A DNA stretch of 64,000 nucleotides from Eutreptiella sp. 'Long Island Sound 2002'. Taxonomy: Eukaryota; Protista; Euglenida. Below are positions 12,789 through 25,895 of this stretch, piece by piece; position 1 is the first letter of the stretch, and the number at the start of each line of letters is the position of its first letter. The position numbers and the translations under genes were made by a program. Under the pieces are notes generated by a model that worked only from the letters and a program-made list of their open reading frames with translations, made no database searches and was not told the DNA's origin. Where the stretch lies: contig OZ038378.1 of assembly GCA_964036045.1 (NCBI GenBank), positions 11,532,001-11,596,000 on the forward strand. The letters are read 5' to 3'.

Positions 12789-12830
<42 letters not shown>
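12789..12830. repeat. (TG)21 microsatellite
   Basis: Direct reading of the sequence. Confidence 0.97.
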
Positions 12831-12831
<1 letters not shown>

Positions 12832-13326
12832 TGCCCAAATCAATTTCGAAGATTTCTGTAGCATCCGAAGGTAAACGTAAGTCGCCATCCCCATCTCCGC
12901 ACCCTCCCAGGCAACAGTGTTGTGGCATTACAGTACGTGGCCCTTGTCCTGAGGGACCCATATGCTAAGATCAGCCAGCGTGACGAGCAGTATCTCTCTT
13001 TTGGGTGTCCATGCTGCTCTTTTTGCTGGATGCACTTGCATGCAGTGTGTCACATGTCCGCCTACTTCCTGGCTGTCTCCACTGCTTGTGGCGCCCCTTG
13101 CAACCTGGACCTTGGTGGGATCACACACTTGTTGATGCGACACCCCTCCCACCACTACTACAGAGCGACCATACACAAACATGCATGTGTGAGGGAGGTT
13201 GATGTTAAAGGCACCATGCTTTCAGTACCTGGAATGAGACCGAGATCCAAGCCCTGAGAGCCATTCTACTCATTCTTCCTTGTAACCCCGGCGAAGCATG
13301 TTCTGGACAAGCACATGATGCCAATG

Positions 13327-13526
13327 NNNNNNNNNNNNNNNNNNNNNNNNNNNNNNNNNNNNNNNNNNNNNNNNNNNNNNNNNNNNNNNNNNNNNNNNNN
13401 NNNNNNNNNNNNNNNNNNNNNNNNNNNNNNNNNNNNNNNNNNNNNNNNNNNNNNNNNNNNNNNNNNNNNNNNNNNNNNNNNNNNNNNNNNNNNNNNNNNN
13501 NNNNNNNNNNNNNNNNNNNNNNNNNN
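13327..13526. other. Assembly gap (200 N)
   Basis: Run of exactly 200 N, a fixed-length scaffolding spacer; true distance unknown. Confidence 0.99.
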
Positions 13527-13549
13527 GCAGCAACAATAGCAACAGCAAC

Positions 13550-13710
13550 AAAGGGAATGCCATGCATGCAGTGCGCACGCAGTGCGAAGTTTTGGATGTC
13601 GACAAATACTCGAACCCTAGTTTCGGGCCCCTTTTCACAAGCATTTGGTTCCGTACCAGGGTTTTTTTTAGTTTCCTAAGCATTTAGGATGTGGCATATT
13701 TGATTTGTCA
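13550..13710 (+). repeat. Interspersed repeat family 1 (ATGCCATGCA..GCAGTGCGCACGCAG...CAAATACTC.GACCCTA...GGATGTGGCA.ATTTG)
   Basis: Diverged direct copies at about 22435-22590 and 23075-23260. Confidence 0.85.
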
Positions 13711-13904
13711 AGGTGCGCCACGCAAGACAAGAGATGGAAAGCATTGAAGGAAATCATGTTTGAAAGCTTTGAGGATGCTCGCCAAGATCAGCTCCCAAAA
13801 CACAAATGGCAAGGTACAATTACACATTGATGAACCTGTGCATGTGTAGATGCGTAGTTCTGCATGTGGATGTTTGGCGCCCTTGAAGGCCCTTGAAGGC
13901 ATTT

Positions 13905-14035
13905 TCATTGTTCTCATGTGGGCTTTGCTGCTTCGCCGTGCTACTAGACAGGTGACAGGTATTCTTGGGTGAGTATCCCAGCCTCTACGTGCGCAGTATG
14001 CACGCAGTGCGCACGCAGTGCAAGAACTTGGCCAA
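13905..14035 (+). repeat. Interspersed repeat family 2 (GTTCTCATGTGGGCTTTGCTGCTTCGC...GTGACAGG..TTCTTGGG...CAGTGCGCACGCAGTGCAA..ACTTGGCCA)
   Basis: Direct copies at about 23615-23850 and 24760-24950. Confidence 0.85.
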
Positions 14036-17000
14036 AAAGGAGGCGGTATGTGGCCTTCAGCTCAGGTCTCCTCGTGCCTGGCGTGAAACCCGAAACTTGA
14101 TTTCTGTCTGGTGGTGGCGGTATGCAGAGGTCAGCAGCACTCTGCACGGGGTTGTTTGGGCTACAGACCCCGCCATCCCCTCCAGACTGGACACTTCTGT
14201 CTCTCCGATTATGTTTACGAACACATGGCCGCTGCCCTTGGGGGGCAGACGGCGATTGTGGTGCCGGCATGATTTAGGGGCATCACAGCCTACGATTGAG
14301 ACCCCACGCCACACACCCAATGCATATATGCAGTGCGTTGACACACGTACGAGACACTCAGCAGTAGCCACCACCCGGCTGTAAGCGTAGCAACCGCAGT
14401 GGACCCGCAACTATTGGAGCAAGTCAATGGTATTGGTTGCAAAGGTTGAGCGTTCTATTCGCTGGATGAATGATGGGCAAATCTTTCTCGACGTCTATTT
14501 CAGTCCTTCTTGCTGCGCATCCAGCATGCATCCTGTCCTCTGGCAGGCGATGAGAGGAGAGTGGGTTATTGGGGACGAGAGCTGGTCTTCAGCGTGGGCT
14601 CTCGCTGTGTACACTGCTGTGCGCACTCTTTGGACTGGTCGTGAATCTATCTTTATGAGCGCAGCGAGTAAAAAAAAAATTGGTCTGGGACATGGTGCCT
14701 GCCTTGTTCGGTGTGGTTTCAGTTTTCACGGTGTTATCCTGAGCCGTAATAGACAGAGCCGAGACAATCGCGAATCTTTGCTGCGTAAACCTCGTGCCTT
14801 GGTGCCGATGTAGCCGGTGGGGTTGCATGGGCTGAAGCTGGGTGCACAGTACAGCAACACCAGCCTTCACTTCGAGAAGCCTCTCTGAAAATGGCAATGG
14901 AAATTGGCTGTGACAGCAATGGAACGCTGGTTCGGGATGACCAATAGCAGTGCAATTTCAGTGAATGGCAAAAGGAGGAAATCAGTTGCTGTGAGGTTTC
15001 ACATAGGGCTGAGGGCAGTCTCCTCAATTTTCATGTGCTAATGTGTCCCCTTGATGCCTGCAGAACAGCAGGATGCATGTAGCGGATCTGCAAATCAAGC
15101 ATCACGAGCATAAAGCGGGATACCGCCTGTCAGTGTCATCATGTATTCCATGTGTTCCATGTATTCCATCTGCATCACCGTCATCATGCATTGGCCAGAT
15201 GAGCTAGGACCAAAACGAACCGTGTGTCTCTGCGGATCCGATTCAGGTGTCCATCTCAAGACTACATGTGCTGCCGGTTCATATGGTGTTCCGGATGCAG
15301 TATTTCCTCAATGCCATGGTCGCTTCGCCAGTGTGTTGCAGTTCAGGGCTGTCACATCCTGCGCATTCAAGGCCCAAATCTGTCTCGCAGCTCGTGCATT
15401 TTTGATCATATCCACAGGCAATCTACTGCATGTTGCTCCTGTTTGGCTCAGCATGTCTATGGGCACATGTTAATGTGCACCCTCAGGCAATGATATTGAG
15501 GGAAGGTTAGCGCCACGCGCATACTGGGCATGCACCAGGCTTCTTTTTGGCCAAAATGCGCCCAACCAACACTTTTCCAAGCGCTATCCAAGATTTCCTG
15601 CCCTAGGGACCCCAAGGCAGCAGGGTTTATATTGTCACATTGATTCCTCTCCTCAGAGAACGGACGGACACAGACACACTGATGTCCATAGGGGCATTGG
15701 CAAAAGGTATGGGCGTGGCCCTTTCTGACATGAGGAGCGCTCCTGATACCACTATTGCCCACGTCCCTGTGCAAAGGTACGCCAAGTCCCTGGAGCTGGT
15801 GCCCAGAGGAAACGTTAGCGCGCCAGGCGCGCCGGGCAAAGTTTCAACGGTCACCGTCCCCCCCCCCCCCCCGTGCCTAGGAACCGCCTTGTGCAAGAAC
15901 CACCCCCTGGTTCCGCGGTCTTTCCGCGAATTCTCGCACCACTTTTTTTACCACGGTATTGGGTTTTTCATGGTTCTGGTGGATGCAGGACAGCTATTCA
16001 GGTGTGCAGGACAGCATTTCATGTGTGTTGCTACGGGTCCCCCCATCAGGGGGGACCCTATCAGTCACTTATAGGCACACATACCCTTAAACCCCTCCCC
16101 CCTGCTCTCGACCCCTTCCTCGAAGCAACCAGCCCCTGACAAGGAAACAAACAAAAGTCAGTTAAACATGTCCGAACCAGTTGAACATTAGATCATTCCA
16201 TGCACGTTGGAAGGCACACTACAGCCCAGTCAGCTGAGATTCACTCCTTTGGTGTTCATTTGTCAATGTGGTTAACTGTGGGAAAGAAGAGGGCGCGCAT
16301 GCCCCGGCGCAATGCGCCGGAACATTTCTTTTCCGCGGTACGGGGCTGCCCACGGTCATGCGCAAGAACCGTCCCCTGGTTCCGCGGTCGAATTTTTGGG
16401 GGAAAGTGTGCGCAAGAACCGCCCCCTGGTTCCGCGGTCAAACATTGCTGGTTCCTGGGCACGGGGGGGGGGGGGGGGCTACAACCGTTTGGGGGCATGT
16501 GTCTGTATGGGATTTTATGATCTAGCCTAGCACAATGGAATTTGGGTACTTATTTTAGTGCCTAAGAGAGCGGCCAATATCGTCATTACACTCCCTCGCC
16601 ACCACTTCTTCCAACCATGCACGAATGACTTGTGCCTTTGCAATTGCGAACAGGGCACCCCAAGCTCGGCATGACAGGGGTAAAGTATTTGGATAGATGG
16701 CCGGAACATTGGGCGCGCTGGGCGCGGCGGGCAAATGCCGGGCGTGCGCCGGGCAAACATTCCCTGCCAGACTGAAAAACGGGGCATTGCCTGTGGAGCT
16801 GATGACCGGGACATGGCCATAGAAAATCCTCCAGAGGGCACATGGCACACCCTGTGTTTGCAGTCCCCCAACACGAAGGGAGTGCGTTTCAAGCCCCAAA
16901 CCCTGAGTTCTTTGGTACCGAAGGTCCAAAATCACTACAGTCCTTGCGTCTACAGGACTTTGGCCACAAGAAAAGAACAGTGGGGGACGTTCGGGCCTCT

Positions 17001-20000
17001 TCCTGCTGATATTCTAAACTGTGTTCATCCTTTTGGAGAGGGGGGGGGGCGTCCTGCGTTAATTTGTTATTGAGGGGTTTTTGGTGTGGTGGTTTGTGCC
17101 AGCAACAAAGAGCGTGTCGGGGACTGCCGCAAAACCCACTCCGCCTGGGCAAAGGGTGTGGGTGCACAATGTCAACCATTGGCTCGCGCATATCCATATC
17201 CGGTCAGGGTGGTCCGTGTTCTATTTTTCGTCGTCCGTTTGCATCGATTTTGAGTTTTCGGGTGTTCGTAACCGTCCATGAAACTGACGCTACCGCTAGC
17301 TTTGACCGTGCCTAACCCAAACTGCCGGATCAATGTCCTCATTGACCTGTTTTACAAGGTCGTACTGTAAGCGTCCACTGCACTGACCCATTTACCCTGC
17401 AAGCCGCAGCCCACGATTCATTCACTGATCTCATATCAGTGACACTGAGCAAGGGCATGCCAGAACAACGCTTGTATTTTGAACACAGTCCTGCATGTGG
17501 CGCTCCTTGCATTGCTGAGTGTAGCCCTAAGGCCCTAGCCCCAGGTCTGCACTGCAGTACAGTAAATAAACCTTCACCCTTGCAACCCCCCCCCCCCCCC
17601 CCCCCACACACACACCAAGAACGCCAAAAGACAAATAACAGCGGCAAAATGATTGGAAATACTGTGCACCACTGGTTGGTAACACTTGGTGATTCGGAAC
17701 CCCTGGTCTTGTGTTACATTTCCCACATCAGCGGTAGTGAGCACGCTGCAAATTTCACTGTCATGGGAATGACTGAATGTGAAGCATTGCCGGCACCCGC
17801 ACGGGAGGGATGCCAAAAGGGTAGAAGCAGCAGTGGTCAGTAGAGGGGCGATTGTCCCATTCTCGCCTACCAAAAATACCTTTTTCCAGTGGCTTGGGAC
17901 AAGCAATGTAAACAGTTTACTTCTGCAAACCCAAACCTGTGCACACACCCGGAAGTACCAACTGGCACACCTACTGAGCCTTTATGCCCCCACCCCCCTC
18001 CACCGAGGTGCATGGCAGTGCCCACGGTGTATGATCGACATGGTGCAGGGTGGAGTCCTCCATCATGAACAGTCAAACATACTCCATGCACTGAGATTTG
18101 GTTCAATGAAATGCGGCCCTCCACCGAGGTGGAATATCCAGGTTTCACAGCGGACAGCGTTCATGCTGACAGCGCGGCCCCTCGGTACCGAGGATCGGAC
18201 AACACTTGCCGCAACTTTCAAAGGCGAATGTGGGAGACCAGGCGCTGCCAAATCGAATTTCGTCTATTCACAGCAAAAGGTGCAAGATGCAGTGATTCAG
18301 AGGCTTGGGCAGGAACATGGCAGTGACTGGCTGTGCAGTGGTGTGCACCAATTGTGACCCGATGCAATCTATTCATTTGCCTGTGGACGAGAAATTATAT
18401 TCGGCAGATGACACAAGAAGAGGTCAATTCCATCCAAAATATTTGGGGATGGCGGGCACTCCTTCGGTTGTTTGAATGCACATCAAGTGCACCAGCATCA
18501 GCACCAGCAGATCAACATTGTCTGAAGAAATTTGGGAGCCCATTTGGGAGACAACCAGAGGAAACCTGGGGGGATGTCTGAAAGGCCCGAAACCCGGGTG
18601 CAGGTTTGCCCTGCCAAACCCTCGGGATTCAGCCAAGCGATGTTGTTTCACCAAACTGGTGGGGGCTTGATGTGCAGCCAAATGCTTCTTGGGACAGGAA
18701 GAGCTTTTTGAACCATTGGTACCTCTGGGCTGTATCGGAGGCCCTTGAACTCTACGCGACAACAAACTAAACTGAGTAGTTGTTGAATGGCATGCTGTAA
18801 TCCAAAGGTGCACATGAAAGAGGCATCAGGCGTGTTTTTTGGGCATACCTCCAGCAGAGGCTGAGTTGTGGGTGCCAGGGGATTTGGGAGGCAAGTAGGG
18901 TCCCCTCACCCCCGATTTAGAGGGTGGTGAACTTCCATGTTTCAGAAGGCAATTGGATTGTACTTAGATGACACGTCATTTCCAGAAATCACATCACCAG
19001 TGACGCCGTGACATTAACCCATGAGAAATTCCCCAATGCATTTTGAGGGTATTTATTGGTTTGCAGATGCCACTGGTTTTTTTTGGAGGGGTCATGAGGT
19101 ATGTGGGACCTTTCTTCTTTCTTGATTGGCACCTTTGAAATAGGAGCTTTAGGTTAGGATTAAGTTTTGGGCCTGGGTTTGCCAATATGGGCAGAGGGGG
19201 TCCTCCTGTGCCCACACAGACTCAGACTCAAGCACATGAGGCCATGAAATTGCGCACTGTTTTCAAGCCAATGCGTACATTACGTGCCAGTTTTCAAACT
19301 TGGCGAACACGTACTTTAACTTGGACTGCTGAGATCCAACGTGATTTGACTGGGATCTCAACATTGTTGGAGGTCGCCAATGAACTGGATCACACAGATG
19401 GCAACCAACAGTAGTGATGACTCTGGGATAGCGTACTCCAGCGGAATAGTTGAATTGAACTTTGGTGCATGTCAACCCTAACTCTAGACCTGAATTATTG
19501 AGATTGGGAGTGCACTGTACATTTTTTAGCGTCCTGCTATCTGTGCTTTATACTATTTCGCTCAGAAGTTGATAAGGGGACTACTCGTCCCGAAACGCGT
19601 ACTGTTGTTTGGACACTCGTCACACTGCGCCGAATCCGGACACTGGTTTGAGTCTTGCTGCACGCTGACTTGCTGGGTCTGAGGGCATTTCCGAGACCAA
19701 CTGATTTTTGTGAATTGACGTCGTGACATTAACCCATGAGAAATTCCCCAATGCATTTTGAGGGTATTTATTGGTTTGCAGATGCCACTGGTTTTTTTTG
19801 GAGGGGTCATGGGGGAACGTTAGCGCGCTGGGCGCGCGCCAGGCATCTTTTTGGACCCGTGCCCCTCTAGTGGCCTTTTATGGGGTGCACTAAGGGGGCG
19901 CACTTAGGGGGCGTACCGTGCGCTGTGCGCGCGCTGTGCACGCGCTGTGCGAAAAGTTGGCTGTTCTCCACCACCGGGGGTTCGGTAAGTTCAGAAGATT

Positions 20001-20269
20001 GAAAGGACGTTATTGAATGGCTGCTGCAGTGGACGGGGCTATAGGGGGCTGAATTTGAGTCCCTGGGACCCATGGCAAGCATCAGATATTTGAATTTTTG
20101 AGTTTTGAATTGATTGTGCATGATTCCGCAGGTGGGTGGTTTTCAGGGTTGTTACCTGGATAATCACCGTAATAATTGGCGCTGTGCGCGCGCTATGCGA
20201 AAACACCCCCTTAGCGCAGTGCAGCTATTTGGGCGCCTGGCTGTACTAGAGACCCACACTTTGAGATAC

Positions 20270-20830
20270 TAGGAGCATCATGGTGACCCCTTGCGTAGGT
20301 TTTGACTTCTGATTTTGTCCCCTTTGTTGGGGACCCCCGAGAATGCAGGTGTGATGTAGCATTTCCGCCCTCTTTTGGGCCCCAACCTTCCGGTGCTATT
20401 GAGGAAACCGGGACAATCTTTGAATCCACGCTTTGTTGCGTGGAGCATCATGGTGACCCCTGGCATAGGTTTTGACTTCTGATTTTGTCCCCTTTGTTGG
20501 GGACCCCCAAGAATGCAGGGGTGACGTAGCATTTCCGCCCTCTTTTGGGCCCCAACCTTCCGGTGCTATTGAGGAAACTGGGACAATCTTTGAATCTGAG
20601 TTGGGGTTAGGGACTTGCAATCCACGCTTTGTTGCGTGGCCCCTCGAGTTGGGGTTAGGGACTCACAATCCACGCTTTGTTGCGTGGCCCCTCGAGTTGG
20701 GGTTAGGGACTCACAATCCATGCTTTGTTGCGTGGCCCCTTGAGTTGGGGTTAGGGACTCACAATCCACGCTTTATGCGGTCTTTCAACCTTCCGGTGCT
20801 ATTGAGGAAACGGGGACAATCTTCGTTACG
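20270..20830 (+). repeat. Compound tandem repeat: ~180-bp duplication plus ~3.7 copies of a 48-bp unit GAGTTGGGGTTAGGGACTCACAATCCACGCTTTGTTGCGTGGCCCCTC
   Basis: Units read directly. The GGGGACCCC.AGAA.GCAGGGGTGA.GTAGC motif recurs at ~22655, ~22905, ~23320 and ~61600. Confidence 0.85.
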
Positions 20831-20941
20831 CTTTTGCTTTACGTTGCGTTGTGTTGTGTTTCGTTGCGTAGTTCTTGAAATGCGTGCATGTGCACTTTGA
20901 AACGGGCACGCTGAGCTGGTAATATGGTTTGGACTGACCAA

Positions 20942-21103
20942 AGCAACTCGGCCGCCACGCAAGATGAGGCAGAGGATGAGACGGAAGTGCGTATGTTGTG
21001 TTGCCAACGGCGCTCCACCGTCGCAGTTTGTGATGAGTGTAAGGAGCACTATTGTAATGAATGTATTGCCACCCACACTTGTGGGACCAATGTTGTTTGT
21101 TAA
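20942..21103 (+). pseudogene. Remnant encoding an acidic stretch plus B-box-like Cys/His motif
   Basis: Manual translation: QDEAEDETEVRMLCCQRRSTVAVCDECKEHYCNECIATHTCG-stop. Same architecture as the tail of the DDE transposase remnant at 24640-24760. Confidence 0.45.
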
Positions 21104-23849
21104 GTACACTACAAATGGCAGTTGGAGTGGTTGAATTCACAGATATTGCTTTATTTTGCAACGTGCTTTGTAGGGAAGGTGTGCAGTGCAATGTGGTCTA
21201 CTTGGGGGGCTTCTCCATGAGAGGGTAAATCTGGGGCTGAAGTCGGGATAGTTAATAGAAAAGTAGCGCGCCGGGCGCGCGCCGGGCAAACATTCCCCCC
21301 ATGAGGTATGTGGGACCTTTCTTCCTTCTTGATTGGCACCTTTGAAATAGGAGCTTTATAAGTTTTGGGCCTGGGTTTGCAAATATGGGCAGAGGGGGAA
21401 GGGGGTTTGACGCCCCCACTTTTTGACCTCAACAACACAAATCACCTCCCCATGCGTCAACCTTTGTTGCTGGCTGGGGCTTGCCCTCCGTCCCTGTGGG
21501 GTGTCCTCTCACGCTTCGACGCCTGCGTGTTGGGAGCGGCAATCTCCCATTTGGTAGTCAGCTGCACCTCTGGAAAGGAGAGGGCCAGGGTGCAGTAGGC
21601 ATAGGGAGGGCAGGGGAGGGCAAGGGGATGGGGCGTGCACCCTGCCGGGAGGGGACAAGGGTGTCTGTCACAGTGCCGATGGGGGTTTGACTGGGCGCTT
21701 CCATGCTGTAGGCGTACACTGTTGGCCGTGGGCAGCGCATGGGCAAGTGTCTCCGCGGGCTCCCCAAGTCGGGCCAAAGTCGGCCTCCGAGACACGGGAG
21801 CTGCCCAGCATTGGGGAGGGGGAGCGGGGGGTATCAACACGTGGGCCCGGTGCTACAGAGGTGCAGCCTGGTTGCGTGGGTGGAGGGGCCCATCGCATGT
21901 GCCCTTGCCGTCCCCCAACGCTAAAGGGGCTATAGCGCTGCAACCCAGCAATCTTCCCTGGCAGGTCCTCAGGGGAGGGAAGTGCCATGTGTGCCGTGGG
22001 CCCATTCTTTTGCTTCACGCGTGCCCTTGGGATAGTGGACCCAGCCAAATCTAGCAGCACCTCGGCTAGATTGGGTTCCACCTCGGTCCGGGGACGCCAC
22101 TAGGGTTTTGGTTGAGCCGGGCCAAGTTCCCCCGGCACCACGGTGACACTTCCCTCGGTTCAAGCTGCACCCCTAGAAGTTCGCCTCACCCCCCCTTTCC
22201 CAACGGACTCTAGCGTGAAGAGTAGGGGACCCTCTCCCGTGTGGTGCGGCTTTAAAGCCACATGGCCCTAACATGGCCCTTCCACTCTGGGCGCCCACTT
22301 GCCCCTCCCAAACCCGCCTCAGAGCGCCGGGCCCCCCATTCGTCCCCGGGCAGGAGACCCCCCCCCCATTTGGGTGGCCTACCCTCGAGGGGCCTCGCCC
22401 ACTCCTCGCAACCCAGGGTTCCGCCTGTGTCATAGGAAATGTCATGCACGTAGTGCGCACGCAGTTATGGATGTCAACAAATACTCGGACCCTACTTTTG
22501 GCCCCTTTTGACAAGTTTTTGTTTCCATACCGGGTTTTTTTCTTAGCTTCCTATGCATTTGGGATGTGGCACATTTGAATTGTCACCCTTTTTGGCCCAT
22601 TTTCAACCATTTTGGCCCATTTTTCCATCCTGCATATTGAACTCTCCCCGCTATGGGGACCCCGAGAAGGCAGGGGTGATGTAGCCATATTGATTTCTCC
22701 CCCTCCCGCACACCGGCGCTACAATGTGGTCTTGTCCCACTCCGCTTGGTAACCGGACCGCTAAGATTTGGGACTAGTACCGTGCAAGGATGAATATGTA
22801 GTCTTGCAATCCCCACGTGTGCAAGGCCGTGTCCCAAACCAATCCCCCCCCCTAGGGATTTTCTAGGAGAGTCCACCCCCGGTGTCCGGGTGCTACCACT
22901 ATGGGGACCCCGAGAAGGCAGGGGTGATGTAGCCATGTTGAAAGATGTGAGGTGGTGGATCGATAGGTGCTCCGCCAAGCGTTCTAACAAGCCTCATGAT
23001 ACCTATACGCAACTCCGCAAACAAGTCAATCTCATTCGTGTTGATTGTGTTACAGCAGAGGAGTTCTATATGGGGAATGCCATGCACGCAGTGCGCACGC
23101 AGTGCACACGCAGTGTGCACGCAGTGCGAAGTTTTGAATGTCCGCCAATACTCAGACCCTACTTTTGGCCCTTTTTGACAAGTTTTTGGTTCCATACCGG
23201 GGTTTTTTTAGCTTCCTATGCATTTGGGATGTGGCACATTTGAATTGTCACCCTTTGTTGCCCAATGTCAACCATTTTTACCCATTTTCCATCCCCCATA
23301 TTGAACTCTCCCCACTATTGGGACCCCGAGAAGGCAGGGGTGATGTAGCCATACATAGCCCGCGGACCTTGAGGAGTTTGTGGTACGGCCTTCATCCCCA
23401 CCACATCACTAATCTCGCTCGCCATCAACAAGTGTGTCGCGTCCACGCTCAGAATCACCACCGCCCTCCCCTTCACCCTATTCGCGGTCCCCATCACCCA
23501 AGAGACCACGGACAACGCATTCCCCGCGCTCCGAGTCAAGGGACACCGCATCGCCGCTTCCAAGAGCGAAGCCACGGGCACCGAAACACTCGAAGCAAGC
23601 GGACTTTACAAGGCTGAGTGGTTTGTTCATAGGGACAGTGGAGTACCAAGTTGAAGGCAGTTTCGTCGTTCTCATGTGGGCTTTGCTGCTTCGCTGTGCA
23701 ACCAGTCAGGTGACAGGTATTCTTGGGTGAGTATCCCGGCCTCTGCGTGCGTAGTATGCACGCAGTGCGCACGCATTGCCCACGCAGTGCGCACGCATTG
23801 CCCACGCAGTGCACACGCAGTGCGCACGCAGTGCAAATACTTGGCCATG

Positions 23850-24760
23850 AAGTATGGCACGGAAGGTTTGTTGTCCCGCAAAGATTTGTTCCAATACTTC
23901 TACGTTCTCCGACAAAGCCCCGGTTGGGACAACTGTGCTTATCAATCGCGTTCCGATTGTTCGGATGATTTGTCCATGCGACATGTTTCTCGTGTCCGAA
24001 TCTTGTTTCCGTGGTGGATGAGATATGGTGGGAGGAGAGACTTTCTCCATACAACCATAATCCCCACTTCCCGTGACACATTTTACCGACAGCATGCCCA
24101 TATGCTCAGTGGGTGGAGATTTGTCGGATGTCCTTTTCAATCCCAAGTACACAGACCATGTTTATAAGAGAACCGTGGTTGTGGACAATCTTGGGAATAT
24201 AGTATGGATATGTGACCTAATGCCGGGAACCTCTGTAGATGTTATGATTTGGGATCAACATTTTTTTTTGTCCTTCGCGAACACATAGGCAGTTTTTCGA
24301 TTTTGAAATAGGTGCGCATGACAGCGCTTGTAAGGGCCGCTTGCACACCGCTGTACCTTTGTACCTTGTATTGGTCGGAAAACTTTGAGTGAAAACCAAC
24401 AAGAGTACAACAATGTCCATGGCTTCTATCGTGCAAGGGTGGAGCACCTCTTTGCACGGTTGTGGCAATGGGGGATTGTCCGCAATGTTTGGACACGCTC
24501 TGCAACGGAGCTGGATGGCCATGTGCGTATTTTGCTCCACCTTACTCAGTTTTGTATTCGCAGGCACACTAGGTATCAACCCTATGGACCTTGGCCTCAT
24601 GTGCCTAAGTCTGACCCTGTGTGGGCACAAGAGGAGGCAACCATTGAGGAGGAGGAAAGTGATGATGATGTTTTTTGCCAATTTTGTGACCACCGTTTTG
24701 GTGATATATCCGAGTATGGCACTTGCCACTTGAACATGTGTGCATGCCCCTGCATAAGTC
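23850..24760 (+). pseudogene. Frameshifted DDE transposase, PIF/Harbinger-ISL2EU-like (IS5/DDE_Tnp_4 type)
   Basis: HVYKRTVVVDNLGNIVWICDLMPGTSVDVMIW (PGSxxD-type motif), FEIGAHDSACKG (DxGY-like), QQEYNNVHGFYRARVEHLFARLWQW (YNxxHxxxRxxVEHxF). Motifs fall in different frames with stops between them. Confidence 0.75.
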
Positions 24761-25784
24761 TGAGTGGGTTGTTCATAGGGACAGTGGAGTACCAAGTTGA
24801 AGGCAATTTTGTTGTTCTCATGTGGGCTTTGCTGCTTCGCCGTGCTACTAGACAAGTGACAGGTTTTCTTGGGTTTGTATCCCGGCCTCTGCGTGTGCAA
24901 TATGCATGTAGTGCGCATGCAGTGCGCACACAGTGCAACAACTTGGCCATAGTGCGCCCACCCCCTTAGAACCTCTCTCCACTCGGCCCATCCTGGTAAC
25001 TAACTGCCTGTTTACTGCCTCTTTTGCACTTGCATCTGTTGTGTGTTGTTTGTTTGTGCATTGTATGCCGCCTATGTATCTCCTTTGTTGCAAGTGTATT
25101 CCCGATCTTGGAGTGTGCGACTACTTCTCCGTTTTGGTGCAACGTGCATGGTCCCTCACCAGGTAGCTGCGACATGTATGGGGGGAGTGGGACGCACCAC
25201 GCACGCACCATGCATAATTTTTATTTACATAATTTCCGTGACCCCATTATTTTGCCATCCGAGGTGCTGTGTTGCTGAGGTGGTACCCCATTTCACCCTA
25301 AATACCTTGTGGCTGTATAACCAGCAATTTGGCATGGAAATTGAATGTTGATGTGTGTCAAGGACACTAAGGGTCGTAGGAGCACTAGCAATGACTGTGA
25401 CATGTGACAGTGAGCACACCCCCCCCTCCCTCGGATAAGCTACACCCTTGTCTAAGCTACACTAGGTGTAGGGACCGTAATAATTTAGTACGTAATTTAA
25501 TTACGTACGAAATGTAGTGCGGCCACATAAGACATGGGTTTGTCGTCACATTTGCCAATTTCAGCACATGTGGCCCCCTGCTGGTGCACCAGCATTTTTT
25601 TTTTTTTAGTCTGATGCATCCCATAGGTCCTGAATTGCCAATTTCAGCACATGTGGCCTTCGTAGGTGTGTGTCGGTAGTTGTATGTGTTGCGCGCAAGC
25701 CACGCCCTTGTCCAAGCTAGTGTATGTTGTAATTCGTGTAATTTTTTTTTCCGCTGTAAATGCGCGTAACAAAAAAATTGTCGC

Positions 25785-25818
25785 TGTAAGTCGTGTAAGC
25801 CGGCTTACACGACTTACA
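25785..25818. repeat. Perfect 34-bp palindrome at the centre of a larger foldback repeat
   Basis: TGTAAGTCGTGTAAGCCGGCTTACACGACTTACA is self-complementary. Left arm 25730-25780 is the reverse complement of 32297-32342. Confidence 0.95.
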
Positions 25819-25820
25819 TC

Positions 25821-25885
25821 ACTAGTTGTGCCTCGTCTCAACTTTTGTTTGCGTCTCCAATGTTTAGGCAGTTTTCCTGTCTTTG
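25821..25885 (+). repeat. Split direct repeat A1 (left terminus)
   Basis: ACTAGTTGTGCCTCGTCTC...TTCCTGTCTTTG, identical to 31928-31992. Confidence 0.95.
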
Positions 25886-25895
25886 TTTTTGTTAA

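Noticed and set aside
13327-13526. ORFs spanning the N run, and any linkage inferred across it
   Set aside because: Scaffold gap; the sequence and true distance are unknown.
19230-19310. KLRTVFKPMRTLRASF, reminiscent of the Penelope RT to GIY-YIG linker
   Set aside because: No RT or GIY-YIG motif nearby.
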